Assembly: GCA_963832105.1 (NCBI GenBank)
Contig: CAWHSS010000003.1
Coordinates: 50,046-114,045, forward strand
Direction: 5' to 3'
Length of the DNA stretch: 64,000 nt
Origin: an uncultured Chloroflexia bacterium
GTDB taxonomy: Bacteria > Chloroflexota > Limnocylindria > Limnocylindrales > CSP1-4
The translations under genes and the position numbers were made by a program. Below, piece by piece: positions 1-10,129 of the stretch. The stretch's first letter is position 1; every line of letters starts with the position of its first letter. The notes beneath the pieces are model-generated. The model was not told where the DNA came from, made no database searches, and saw only the letters and a program-made list of their open reading frames with translations.

Positions 1-187
1 GGGCGACAAGCTCGAGAGCGGCTGGACGGTCCTGTCATCCGCGATCACGGTCAGTGCCGTCGTCCCGGGCGCCACCGAGGCGAGCCTCCGCGAGGCGGCC
101 GACAAGGCGAAGGACGGCTGCCCGATCTCGAAGGCGCTGAAGGGCAACGTCGAACTCTCGGTCGAGGCGACGCTCGAGGGCGGCTGA
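1..187 (+). CDS. OsmC/Ohr family peroxiredoxin-like protein, C-terminal part (5' end outside window)
   Basis: Frame 2 reads ...KAKDGCPISKALKGNVELSVEATLEGG*. The conserved Cys and the KALKGNVE tail are typical of OsmC. Stop at 185-187. Confidence 0.6.
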   Translation, partial: GDKLESGWTVLSSAITVSAVVPGATEASLREAADKAKDGCPISKALKGNVELSVEATLEGG

Positions 188-224
188 GTCGCGGCGAGTC
201 CCGCGTCCGTCGCCTCGCCATCCG

Positions 225-400
225 TTCGCGGTTGGTCCGGCTGGCGGACCAACGGGCGAACGACATCCGCTGAATTGGTCGATTTGGGCCGGCCAACCGC
301 CGTGTGGTCCGGCTAGCGGACCAACGGGCGAACGACCCGCTGAATTCGGCCGATTTGGGCCCCGCCGACCGCCGCTTGGTCCGGCTAGCGGACCACGAAA
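225..400. repeat. About 2.3 tandem copies of a 71-bp unit, each carrying an 8-bp stem hairpin (TTGGTCCG-GCTAG-CGGACCAA)
   Basis: Direct read: ggtccggctggcggaccaacgggcgaacgacatccgctgaattggtcgatttgggcc is repeated at 233, 304 and 378. The + ORF at 304-540 (VRLADQRANDP...LVRLADH) is just a translation of this repeat. Confidence 0.8.
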
Positions 401-425
401 CTTGCCGGCTGCGTCGTCCGGGCGC

Positions 426-1371
426 TCAGCCGATCGTCAGCAGCCGCCGCGGGTTGTCGATCGTGATCGTCCGGATCTCGTCGTCCGAGACCCCCGCGGC
501 CCGGAGCCGTGGCAGGAACGCGTCGGCCAGGTACGTGTAGCCGTTGCCGCCGTAGTGGGCCAGCTGGGAGTCGTGGCAGACGTCCTGGGACAGCAGGATC
601 CGCTCGACGTGGCCCGCGGCCAGCAGGTCGCACAGCGACTCGACGATCCGGCCCTCGCCGTGGCGCTCCAGCGGCGTGAAGCTCATCCCGAGGAAGTCGA
701 ACTCGACCGACGCCCCGCGCTCCACGATCGCCCGATGGTAGGCCGGGTCGGGGTTGGAATCGGCGTGACCAATGACGACTCGTGACAGGTCGGCGCCCTC
801 CGCCTCGAATACGGTGAGCTGGTCGAGCCCGACGGTCGACTGGACCGCGTGCGTCGTGATCGCGAGCCCCGTCCGTCGCGCTGCCCGCGCGGCCGCTCGG
901 TGGACGCGTTCCTCGCGGGCCGAAAGCCACGGCTTGTCGGTGCCGATCTCGCCGATGATCCCGGCCTTGATTCCGCTCCCGGCAACGCCATCGGAGGCGT
1001 CGCGGACGATCTCGTCGGCAAGGTCGTCGACCGTTCGGCGATCGATCAGGGCCTCCGGCGGGTAGTGGGCCTCGCGATACCAGCCTGCACCCATGACGAT
1101 GTCCAGGCCGGTCGAGGCCGACAGGCCGGCCAGCCAGTCGGGGTCGCGCCCGACGCCCGGCAGGGTGAGATCGACGAGGCACGTGCCGCCCTTCTCGCCG
1201 GAACCGGGCGAGCTCGGCGGTGATGATCGGCTCGTCGCGCCGGAGCTCCCAGTAGTCCCAGCGGTTCGGGATGTGCCACAGCGCGATCGCCGTGTGCTCG
1301 TGGGGCAGCGTGAAGCCGAGGTTGCCCGGGTCGATCGGCCCGCGGACCGTCTGGACGTGGGCGTCGGTCAC
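426..1371 (-). CDS. phosphotriesterase-family (PTE/PHP) metal-dependent hydrolase; apparent frameshift near 1100-1200
   Basis: N-terminus MTDAHVQTVRGPIDPGNLGFTLPHEHT carries the PTE His-x-His metal motif. The body (ORF 426-1094: IGEIGTD..., TTHA..., LLSQDVCHDSQ) lies in a second frame. Confidence 0.7.
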
Positions 1372-2058
1372 GAAGCCCGGCTCGCCTTGAGCGAGACGTA
1401 GGGTCGCGAGGGCGCAGCCTCGAGCGGCACGGGAGGCGCCGCGTCGCGAGCCGCGAAGAGCAACTCCAGGATCGCCAGCGCCCGCTTCTCGGCGTCGTCT
1501 CGGCGGTAGGCCGGGCCGTCCTCGATCGCCTCGATCGTCAGCCCGTCGAGCAGTGCCGCGAACGCATGGGCGACGCTTTCCACGTCAAGCCATGGCGGAA
1601 GCTCACCGCGAACGACCCCCTCCTGGAGGAGCAGCGCGGTCGGGCCGACGATCTCCCGGCGCCGGCGTCGGACCATCTCCCGGATCGCCGGGTCGGCATC
1701 AACCTCGGCCCAGGCGAGCGTCATCAGGACAGACGTGCCCGTACCCGCGCGCTGCTCCTCGAACTGGTCGAAGAAGAAGCCGAGGGCCGTCGCGACCCGC
1801 TCCCGGTAGTCGGTGACGGTCGCCGAGCCGATCGCGCAGCTCGCCCAGCTCCTGGTCGGTGATGAGGTCGCAGCCCGCGAGGATCAGCTCGGACTTGCTC
1901 TTGAAATACGTGTAGATCGCGCCGACCGACAGCCCGGACTTGCGGACGATGTCCTGCATCGTCGCGCGGTGGAAGCCGTGCTCGGCGAACACCTCGATCG
2001 CCGCCCGGACGATCCGGTCGCGGACCGCTTGCTCGTGTTGAGCGCTGACGCGGGGCAT
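1368..2058 (-). CDS. TetR family transcriptional regulator; apparent frameshift about 1725-1800
   Basis: N-terminal HTH FHRATMQDIVRKSGLSVGAIYTYFKSKSEL (ORF 1699-2058), followed by a TetR C-terminal domain in ORF 1368-1724. Divergent from the MMPL gene. Confidence 0.7.
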
Positions 2059-2153
2059 GGCACCTCATCGGAAAAACGAATGGTCGCTCGCGGTAGCCTA
2101 CAGCGCCGCAATCCCAGTCCGCAACAGGAGACTGCAGTTCGGCATTGACAAAA

Positions 2154-2165
2154 CGAATGATCATT
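2154..2165. promoter_or_regulatory. perfect 12-bp palindrome GAATGATCATTC in the tetR-mmpL divergent intergenic region; candidate TetR operator
   Basis: Direct read. A partial copy, aaaacgaatggtc, sits about 80 bp upstream (2070-2086). It lies between the TetR start (2058, minus strand) and the MMPL start (2221, plus strand). Confidence 0.35.
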
Positions 2166-2220
2166 CTCTATTGTCGGCGTCGTCACGCGACCGTCTCAAC
2201 CGCACCGAAAGGCCCGATCG

Positions 2221-4593
2221 ATGCTGTTCTCTCGCTGGGGAGCGTTCGTCTACCGCTTCCGACGCCCGATCGCCATCCTCACGATCGTCCTCGCCATCGC
2301 TGCCGGCTCGGTCGCCGGTGGCGTCACGGACGCCCTGAGCGCGGGCGGCTGGCTCGATCCGAACTCGGAATCCGCGCGCGTCAGCGAGCGACTCGACGCG
2401 GAGTTCGGCGCCGGGCGCGGCTCACTGGTCGCCCTGTTCGAGGGCGAGCCGGGTAGCGACGCCCGCTCCGATGCGTTCCAGGCGGACATCGCGGCGTCGA
2501 TCGATCGGCTCATCGCCGACCCGCGCGTCGACGGCGTCGTCGGCTATGCAGAGACGCGCGACGACCGCTTCGTCAGCACCGATGGGACCTCCGCGTACGT
2601 CGTCGTCCGCCTCGCCATCACCGACGAGGAGTCGGTCGACGTGATGGACGAGCTGCGGGCGCTGTTCGACCAGCCCCAGGGCGCGAAGCTGATGCTGGCG
2701 GGCGTCGGGCCCTTCACCCAGGACCAGGCCAAGCAGTCGGAGAAGGAGCTGGTCCAGGCCGAGCTCATCTCCGGCCCTTTCGCGCTGCTCATCCTGCTCG
2801 CGGTGTTCGCCTCGGTCGTGGCCGCCGGGCTGCCGCTGCTCGTCGCCGCGCTGACGATCCCGACCACGCTGGCCGCCGTCTTCTTCGTCGCCCAGACCAC
2901 CGAGCTCTCGATCTACGTCCAGAACGTCGCGACGATGCTCGGCCTGGCGCTGGCGATCGACTACTCACTGTTCATGGTCAGCCGCTTCCGCGAGGAGCTC
3001 CGCCGCGGGCGCTCCGTCCAGGCCGCCGTCGAGATCATGGTCGCGACCGCCGGCAAGGCGGTCGCCTTCTCCGGCCTCGCCGTCGCGATCGGACTCTCCG
3101 GGCTGCTGCTGTTCGAGCCGGCCGCGCTGCGCTCGTTCGGCATCGGCGGCTCGCTCGTCGTGGCCGCCTCGGTCTTCTACGCGCTGACGTTCCTGCCCGC
3201 GGTCCTGGGCATGCTCGGGCCGCGGGTGAATGCGCTGAGCATCGCCGGACTGATCGCGATGATCCGCCGAGCCATCGGCCGCGCGCCGGCAGCGAGCGGT
3301 TCGCCTCGGACCTCACGCTGGGAGCGCGTCGCCCACACAGTGATGGCCCGGCCCTTCCTCTTCCTCATTCCGACGCTTGCCTTCCTGCTCTTCGCCGGCA
3401 CGCCGTTCCTGCGCCTGAGCCAGGGAATTCCGAACGCCTCGACGCTGCCGCCGGGTCTCGAGAGCCGCGATGCCGCGGTCGCCCTCGAGCGCAACTTCCG
3501 GCCCGGCGAGACGTCGCCGATCACGATCCTCGCGACGGTCGATGGCGACCCGACGAGCGAGGCCAACCTCACCGCGATCGCCCAGTACGCCAAGGCCGTC
3601 GACGCCGTTGATGGGATCGACCGGGTCGAGGGGCCGTTCAGCGCCCTGAGCGATCCCGAGACCGGCGTCGAGCCGACCCCGGCCGACGTCGCCGCCTTGT
3701 TTGCAACCCCGCGCGAGCAGCTCCCGCCGGAGCTCGTTGCAGCTCGCGATCAGGTCGCCGACGCGTACATCCGCGGCTCCACCGTTCGGCTCGACGCGAT
3801 CTCACCGATCGACCCGGTCAGCCCGGCCGGCACGGCCATCATTCCGTTGGTCCGGGCTGTCGGCGTGGACGGCGTGACCACCGAGGTCGGCGGCCTCGCC
3901 GCCCAGGGTCGAGACTTCATGACCAGCCAGAGCTCGACGATCCCGTGGGCCGTCGGCATCACCCTCGCGGCCAGCGCGCTGATCCTGTTCCTGCTGTTCG
4001 GCTCCGTGGTCATCCCGATCAAGGCCGTGATCATGACGCTGCTCTCGATCACCGCCAGCTTCGGGGCGCTCGTCTGGATCTTCCAGGACGGGAACCTCTC
4101 CGGGATCCTGGGCTTCGAGTCACCCGGATTCACGATCGCCGGCAACCCGATCATCATGTTCAGCGTGCTGTTCGGGCTGTCGATGGACTACGAGGTCCTG
4201 CTGCTGTCCCGGATCCAGGAGGCATACCGGCGGACCGGCGACAACACGGCGTCCGTCGCGGAGGGCCTGACGAAGACCGCCGGCGTCATCACCGGCGCCG
4301 CGCTGATCATGGTCGTCGTCTTCTCCGCATTCGCCCTGGCCGAGTCGATCACGATCAAGAGCATCGGCGTCGGAATGGCGATCGCGGTCCTGATCGACGC
4401 GACGATCATCCGGGTCCTGCTGGTCCCTGCCACGATGCGGCTCATGGGCCGCTGGAACTGGTGGGCGCCGGGGCCGCTCGGGCGGTTCGCGGACCGGCTC
4501 GGCTTCAGCCACGCCGAGGACGAGGACATCGACGACAAGGACGCCTCGGGACGACCGATCGGCGACCCGTCGGCAGGCCTGGCGAGGCCCTAG
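2221..4593 (+). CDS. MMPL family RND-type membrane transporter (790 aa, intact)
   Basis: Two blocks of 6 TM helices, each preceded by a large periplasmic loop. The length and topology match MMPL/SSD-domain proteins. Confidence 0.85.
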   Translation: MLFSRWGAFVYRFRRPIAILTIVLAIAAGSVAGGVTDALSAGGWLDPNSESARVSERLDAEFGAGRGSLVALFEGEPGSDARSDAFQADIAASIDRLIADPRVDGVVGYAETRDDRFVSTDGTSAYVVVRLAITDEESVDVMDELRALFDQPQGAKLMLAGVGPFTQDQAKQSEKELVQAELISGPFALLILLAVFASVVAAGLPLLVAALTIPTTLAAVFFVAQTTELSIYVQNVATMLGLALAIDYSLFMVSRFREELRRGRSVQAAVEIMVATAGKAVAFSGLAVAIGLSGLLLFEPAALRSFGIGGSLVVAASVFYALTFLPAVLGMLGPRVNALSIAGLIAMIRRAIGRAPAASGSPRTSRWERVAHTVMARPFLFLIPTLAFLLFAGTPFLRLSQGIPNASTLPPGLESRDAAVALERNFRPGETSPITILATVDGDPTSEANLTAIAQYAKAVDAVDGIDRVEGPFSALSDPETGVEPTPADVAALFATPREQLPPELVAARDQVADAYIRGSTVRLDAISPIDPVSPAGTAIIPLVRAVGVDGVTTEVGGLAAQGRDFMTSQSSTIPWAVGITLAASALILFLLFGSVVIPIKAVIMTLLSITASFGALVWIFQDGNLSGILGFESPGFTIAGNPIIMFSVLFGLSMDYEVLLLSRIQEAYRRTGDNTASVAEGLTKTAGVITGAALIMVVVFSAFALAESITIKSIGVGMAIAVLIDATIIRVLLVPATMRLMGRWNWWAPGPLGRFADRLGFSHAEDEDIDDKDASGRPIGDPSAGLARP

Positions 4594-4603
4594 ACTTCGG
4601 TCC

Positions 4604-5137
4604 ATGGACGACAAACGGGCTCCAAGCGACCCGACGGTCCGCGTCTACGACTGGCGCTGGGGCCCCGATGAGGAGCGCCGGCCGGGGCTGCCGTGGATCG
4701 GGGTCTTCCTGCTCGTGTTCGGCGGGATCCTGCTCGTCGAGCAGGCCCTGCCGCAGTACAGGCGGATCGGCGACACGGCACTCCTCGCGGCCGGCCTCGC
4801 GTCGCTCGCGGTCTGGGTCATGCGCCGCCGGACGATCGCCCTCTACGCGGGGGCGTTCCTGACCGCGCTCGCCCTGCCCGGCACGATCGAGGCATTCCAG
4901 GGGCGCGACCTCGGGCCGGGCTGGGGAACGCTGTTCTTCGGGCTGGCGTTCCTGTTCATCGCCTTGGTTCGGATGTCACGCGGCGGCGGACTCGGCTGGC
5001 AGGGCCTGTACGGCGGGATTCTCGTCCTCATCGGCGGCTCGCAGATCGCCAAGCCCGATCTCGCCGCGGTCGCCTGGCCGCTTCTCCTCGTCGTGGTCGG
5101 TGCCGTCCTGCTCATCCGCGGCCGCGCCAGCACCTGA
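4604..5137 (+). CDS. hypothetical integral membrane protein (4-5 TM)
   Basis: Hydrophobic helices (LPWIGVFLLVFGGILLV, LLAAGLASLAVWV, GILVLIGG). No recognisable domain. Confidence 0.5.
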   Translation: MDDKRAPSDPTVRVYDWRWGPDEERRPGLPWIGVFLLVFGGILLVEQALPQYRRIGDTALLAAGLASLAVWVMRRRTIALYAGAFLTALALPGTIEAFQGRDLGPGWGTLFFGLAFLFIALVRMSRGGGLGWQGLYGGILVLIGGSQIAKPDLAAVAWPLLLVVVGAVLLIRGRAST

Positions 5138-5140
5138 GCC

Positions 5141-6226
5141 TCAGGGAGGGGCCGGCGACACCTTCGTAGTGGCCGTGACCGGACCGGGCGCATCGACCAC
5201 CTCTGCCCCATCGATCGGCGGCGTATCGGCGGTGACGATCATGTCGTAGATCTCGACGATCGCCGGATCGAACTGCGTTCCCGCGTTCCGGTGAATCTCC
5301 TCCCAGGCCTGGTCCTCGGGGATGGACTTGCGGTAGACCCGGTCGTTCGTCATCGCGCTGAACGCGTCGGCGATCGAGATGATGCGGGCGCCGAGCGGGA
5401 TGTCGTCTGCCGGCCAGCCGGTCGGGATAGCCCGTGCCGTCGAATCGCTCGTGGTGGTGGCGAACGATCCTGGCGATGTCGGTCATCGCCTCGTGGGTCT
5501 GGACGATGGAACCGCCGATCTCGGCGTGACGCTGCATCTCGCGGTATTCCTCGTCCGTCAGCTTCCCGGGCTTCAGGAGGATCCGGTCGGCGATCGCGAT
5601 CTTGCCGACGTCGTGGAGATAGCCGCCGATCCGGATCGTCGTCCGCTCCTGCTCGGACAGGCCGAGCATCGTCGCGACCCGCTCGCCGAGCGTGCCGAGC
5701 TGCCGGCAATGGTCGCCGGTCTCGAGGTCGCGGGCCTCGATCGCCGCGGTGAGCGCGAGAGCGACGCCGTCGAGGATCGGCGTCAGCAGGCGGTACTGGA
5801 GCGCGTCGTGGCGAATCCGTGCCCGCTGCAGGGCGTTCCTGATCTCGGTCTCGAATTCCTCCGCGGTGAACGGCTTGATCAGCATCCCGGATGCGCCGTC
5901 GCGCAACGCCCGGATGGCGTTGTCGAGCGAGGCGTGGCCGGTGGCGACGATCACCGGGACCTGCGGGTCGCGAGCTCCGGATTTCGGCGAGGAACGCATG
6001 CCCATCCATGCCCGGCATCCGGATATCGGTAACGACCAGGTCGAAGTGTTCGGCGTCGAACAGGGCCAGCGCCGCGATCGGGCGTGGGCGCGGTCGATAC
6101 GTCCAGGTCCATCCGCTCGAGCAGCCTCGCGACCAGCCTGAGCAGGCCCGGCTCGTCGTCGACACACAGGACGCGCGGGCGGGGATGTCGCGTCGGGGGG
6201 CGTCGCGCCGGGGGCCGTCGGCTCAT
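5141..6226 (-). CDS. two-component response regulator with an HD-GYP c-di-GMP phosphodiesterase output domain; at least 2 apparent frameshifts
   Basis: REC domain (RVLCVDDEPGLLRLV...DLVVTDIRMPGMDGHAFLAEIRS...PVIVATGHASLDNAIRALRDGA). HD-GYP motifs HDVGKIAI and HHERFDGTGYP, with the C-terminus in ORF 5141-5353. The start ATG overlaps the kinase stop (ATGA). Confidence 0.75.
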
Positions 6227-8037
6227 GCGTGAACCGTCAGGTCGGAGGTGATCCCGGAATGGGCCGCGCCGGCCACGATCGGCAGGGTGATCTCGACGGT
6301 GGTCCCGACCCCTGGCGTGCTCTCGAGCGTGATCGTCCCGTTGTGGCTCTCGACGAGCCCCACGCTGACGGACAGGCCGAGTCCGGTCGAGCCGGCCGCG
6401 TGGCGCGCCGAGAAGAACGGCACAAAGGCCTGGGCGGCTACGCTTTGGTCCATCCCCACCCCATCGTCGATGATCCTCACGACTGCATCTGCGCCCCGGA
6501 TCGAAGTCTCGACCTGGAGCGTGCCGCCCTCTGGCATCGCCTGCATGGCGTTCGTGAGTACGTTCAGGATCACCTGCTGGATCGCTTGCGGATCGAGCTC
6601 GATGAGTGGCAGCTCGGCGTGCGACTCGCGGATGATAACCCCGCTCCGTGCGAGCGGGAAACGAACAAGTTCCAGCATGCGCCCGATCAGGTCGGGGAGA
6701 TCCGTCGGTACGAGCTGAGGTTCCTGGGGGCGGGCGAAGTCGCGAAGGGCTCGGACGATCGAGCGAGCACGCAACGCGGCATCCCGGATCTGTTCGACGT
6801 CCGGCCGGCGGGGATCCTCGGGCGCGATGTCCTCGAGCAGGATCTCCGAGAAGCCGAGGACGGCGGTCAGCGGGTTGTTCACCTCGTGGGCGACCCCTTC
6901 CGCCAGCTCGCCAACGGCCGCGAGCCGGGAAGCGTTGAGCAGCTGATCCTGCACCCGTTCGCGTTCCACGAGCTCGGCGCGGAGCTCGTCGACGAGGCGG
7001 TCGTTCTCGTCGTGGAGGGTCCGCACCTCGGCCAGGGTGTGGGTCCTCTCGCGCAGCAGCAGTGCCTGCCGGATTACGACGAGAATGCCGGTCACGAACG
7101 CGCCGATCCGGACGATTGTCGTCGACCGGTGGCGTCAGGGTGAGTAGGAGGGCGAGGAGAGAGACCGAGGCCGCCGTCGGACCGATCACCCGGGTCACGT
7201 AGCGGGTGGCCGCGACGTACCGCGGACTGTCGTCGGTCTCGTCGCGCCACGTTGCGGCACCCAACGCCGCGATCAGGGTCCCAACGGTGAACAGAACGCC
7301 GGGGATTCCGCCGGCCACTGTCCCGGTAACCGTCGGAACGATGAAACCGAGGTAGGCCAGCCCGATGATCGCGGAGCCGGCGATCAGGGCGAACCCGCCG
7401 TGCGGGGCCAGCGGCAGACCGGATCGCGCTGTTCGCCACGATGCCGGCAGCAGCGAGTCCGATGAAGGCCGTCGGAAATGCGATGGCGATGGCGCCACTG
7501 GCCGATGGAAGAGCGAGCGCGGCCTCGCCGTGGACCAGGATGAGGATCGTTCCGATGAGGATGACGAGGAGGGCCGAGTCAAAGTAGACGGCGACCTCTT
7601 CTGCGGCCGTCAGCCGACCGTGAACTGCCGTGCCCAGCATCAGGACGGCCGGCACGAAGAGGAGCCACGACAAAACTGTCGGCAATCGATGGGATCGATA
7701 TCACGTCGAGCGCGGCCAGCAGGCCCCACGTCACGTTCGCCAGCATCCACAGGCCGAAGGCGACGACGGCGAGCCGGCGGATGGTCCGGGCCCGCGGCGA
7801 TGTCCCTGGTGCCCGAGCGCCGACGATTGTGGCTGCAAACGCGACGATGCTGGCGAGGCTCCAGTGGAGGTTGTCCCAAAGGACGCTCAGCCCGCCGACA
7901 TTCGCCAGTGCCAGGATCATGAACGGTGCGGAGATCAGCACGCCGAGGAGAATCACCCGGACGGCGGGCTGCGCCAGCATCACGAACGGCGGCCCAATTC
8001 GGGCGTCGTCGTGTTCGGCGCTCTCGTGGCGAGACAT
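6223..8037 (-). CDS. membrane sensor histidine kinase (multi-TM sensor + HisKA + HATPase_c); at least 3 apparent frameshifts in the membrane part
   Basis: C-terminal 290 aa (ORF 6223-7095) show HEVNNPLTAV (H-box) and an N/G1/G2 ATPase-domain motif (GTGLGLS). ORFs 7092-7685, 7579-8037 and part of 5951-7582 contribute consecutive TM segments. Confidence 0.7.
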
Positions 8038-8072
8038 GACCCGAGACTACGGCCGGTGAGCGCGGCCTCCCA

Positions 8073-9476
8073 TCACCCGTTAGGGCGAGATTCGGGTACG
8101 GCGACCTGCGTAGTCGCGGTCAGCGTCGACTCCACCGCTTCCTCGATCGCGTCGCCCAGGACGACGGCGATCTGGCTGAGCTCGTCCTCCCCGACGACGA
8201 ACGGCGGCCCGACCAGGATCGTGTCGCCGTCGACGCCGTTCGCGTTGCCGGTCCCCGAGTAGAACAGGACGCCGCGGTCGCGTGCTGCGCGGAGGACGGC
8301 CTCGGTGAGCCGGACGGAGCGGGGAACCGGCTCCCGGGTCGCACGGTCGGCGACGAGCTCCACGCCGACGAGGAGTCCGCGGCCCCGGATCTCGCCCACG
8401 TTCGGGTGATCGCCGAGGCGTTTGCCGAGGAGCTCGCGAAGGCGCTCGCCCTTCGTCGCGCTGGCCTCGACGAGGTGTTCCTCCTCGATGATTCGGAGCA
8501 CCTCGAGGGCCGCTGCGGCGCCTGCCGGGGCGTGCGAGTAGGTGAACCCGTGGGTGAACCCGCCGCCGTTCATGACCGTGTCGTGAACCTCGCCCGACGC
8601 CGCGACGAATCCGAACGGCCAGTACCCCGACGTCGCCCCTTTGGCGGCGACGAGGATGTCTGGGCGGACGCCCCAGTGATCGAGCCCGAACCAGCGGCCC
8701 GTTCGCCCGAAGCCGGTCATCACCTCGTCGGCAATGAGCAGGACGTCGTGGCGGCGGCAGACCTCGGCGATCAGCGGCCAATAGCCGTCCGGCGGGACTA
8801 CCGCGCCGAGCGTCGCGCCGACGATCGGTTCCGCGACGAAGGCGGCCACCGTGTCAGGGCCGGCCGCCTCGATCGCCCGTTCGAGCTCCGCCGCGAGCTC
8901 CTGCGGATCCCCGAGGGCATGGCTGTCCGGCTCGCCGGCGCGGTACGGGTAGGCGGCCGACACATGACGGAAGCGACCGAGCCAGCCCTCGTACGGACGA
9001 CGAAGCGGCCGCCGCCCGGACAGGTCGAGGGCCCCGAGCGTGTTGCCGTGGTAGCTCCCCCACCGCGAGATCACGATCCAGCGGTCCGCCTGGCCGCGTG
9101 CGAGGTGGTACGCGCGGGCAAGCTTCAGGGCCGTCTCGGTCGCCTCCGAGCCGCCGCTGACCGGGTAGATCGCCGGGTCGTCGACGGGCAGCACGCGGCC
9201 GACCTCACGCGCGTAGGTCTCGATCGGCTCCGTCGTGAACACCGAACCGTGGGCGTACGCCAGGCGCGCGGCCTGGTTGCCGATCGCGTCGGCGATAGAC
9301 CGCCGCCCATGGCCGACGTTGACGACGATCGCCCCACCCGATGCGTCGAGATACGCCTTGCCCGCGGCGTCGATGATCGTCGAGCCGTGACCGTCGACGG
9401 CGATAGGCGGCGCCGGGTCGAGGGTCCGGCGGAAGACACGCCCCGAAGACGGCTCAGGCGCAACCGATGGGGACAT
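8073..9476 (-). CDS. class III (omega) aminotransferase, PLP-dependent
   Basis: 499-aa ORF with ISRWGSYHGNTLGALD...DEVMTGFGRTGRWFG...AAKGATSGY, a fold-type I class-III signature. Internal Met at 9476 is preferred over the GTG at 9572, which would overlap the divergent sigma gene. Confidence 0.8.
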   Translation of the reverse strand: MSPSVAPEPSSGRVFRRTLDPAPPIAVDGHGSTIIDAAGKAYLDASGGAIVVNVGHGRRSIADAIGNQAARLAYAHGSVFTTEPIETYAREVGRVLPVDDPAIYPVSGGSEATETALKLARAYHLARGQADRWIVISRWGSYHGNTLGALDLSGRRPLRRPYEGWLGRFRHVSAAYPYRAGEPDSHALGDPQELAAELERAIEAAGPDTVAAFVAEPIVGATLGAVVPPDGYWPLIAEVCRRHDVLLIADEVMTGFGRTGRWFGLDHWGVRPDILVAAKGATSGYWPFGFVAASGEVHDTVMNGGGFTHGFTYSHAPAGAAAALEVLRIIEEEHLVEASATKGERLRELLGKRLGDHPNVGEIRGRGLLVGVELVADRATREPVPRSVRLTEAVLRAARDRGVLFYSGTGNANGVDGDTILVGPPFVVGEDELSQIAVVLGDAIEEAVESTLTATTQVAVPESRPNG

Positions 9477-9535
9477 CCGCCCGATTGTAGTCGGGCTATG
9501 CCGCCCACCGGCGGGGAACCGAACCGACGCGGCGG

Positions 9536-10129
9536 GTGTATCGACTACGGTTGACCGTGGAGGGCCGTCCACTGGAAGACGTTGAACTCATCGAACGCGC
9601 TAGATCTGGCGAGGTCATGGCCTACGAGGAACTGGTTCGCCGATACCAGGACGTCGCCGTCCGGACCGCCCATGTCATCTCGCCGGATGGTGATGCCGAA
9701 GACGCTGTCCAGGAGGCCTTCGTCAAGGCCTATGCCGCGCTGTCGCGGTTCCGAGTGGACGCGCCGTTTCGGCCGTGGCTCCTGCGCATCGTCGCCAACG
9801 AGGCCCGCAATCGCCGGAGGTCGGCCGGGCGACGAGCCGGGCTGGCCCTCCGCGCCGCCGAGGATCGCCGGCCGGGTGATGCGGCTCCATCGCCCGAGTC
9901 GGCGGTCCTCGCCGATGAGACGCGGCGGGCGCTCCTTGCCGCGATCAACGGCCTTCGAGACGAGGACCGCGAGATCATCGGGGCGCGCTACTTCCTCGAC
10001 CTGTCCGAGGCTGAGGCCGCCGAGACACTCGGGCTCCCGCGGGGGACCGTGAAGTCGAGGCTATCCCGGGCCTTGGGGAGACTCCGCGAACAGCTCGCGG
10101 CCGCGAACGGGGGGCCGGCCCATGACTGA
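9536..10129 (+). CDS. ECF (sigma-70 family) RNA polymerase sigma factor
   Basis: Region 2 (VQEAFVKAYAALSRFRVDAPFRPWLLRIVANEARN) and region 4 (REIIGARYFLDLSEAEAAETLGLPRGTVKSRLSRA). The exact start is uncertain. Confidence 0.8.
   Translation: MYRLRLTVEGRPLEDVELIERARSGEVMAYEELVRRYQDVAVRTAHVISPDGDAEDAVQEAFVKAYAALSRFRVDAPFRPWLLRIVANEARNRRRSAGRRAGLALRAAEDRRPGDAAPSPESAVLADETRRALLAAINGLRDEDREIIGARYFLDLSEAEAAETLGLPRGTVKSRLSRALGRLREQLAAANGGPAHD

Noticed and set aside
225-400. Possible CRISPR array
   Set aside because: The repeats are contiguous 71-bp units with no unique spacers, and there are no cas genes. It is a tandem REP-like repeat.
304-540. 78-aa ORF MVRLADQRANDP...
   Set aside because: It is a translation of the tandem repeat (the peptide itself repeats) and overlaps the PTE gene on the other strand.
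8080-8781. Multiple 100-240-aa Arg/Pro-rich ORFs antisense to the aminotransferase and other genes
   Set aside because: These are typical spurious antisense ORFs in 70% GC DNA. They have no domain signal and no RBS.
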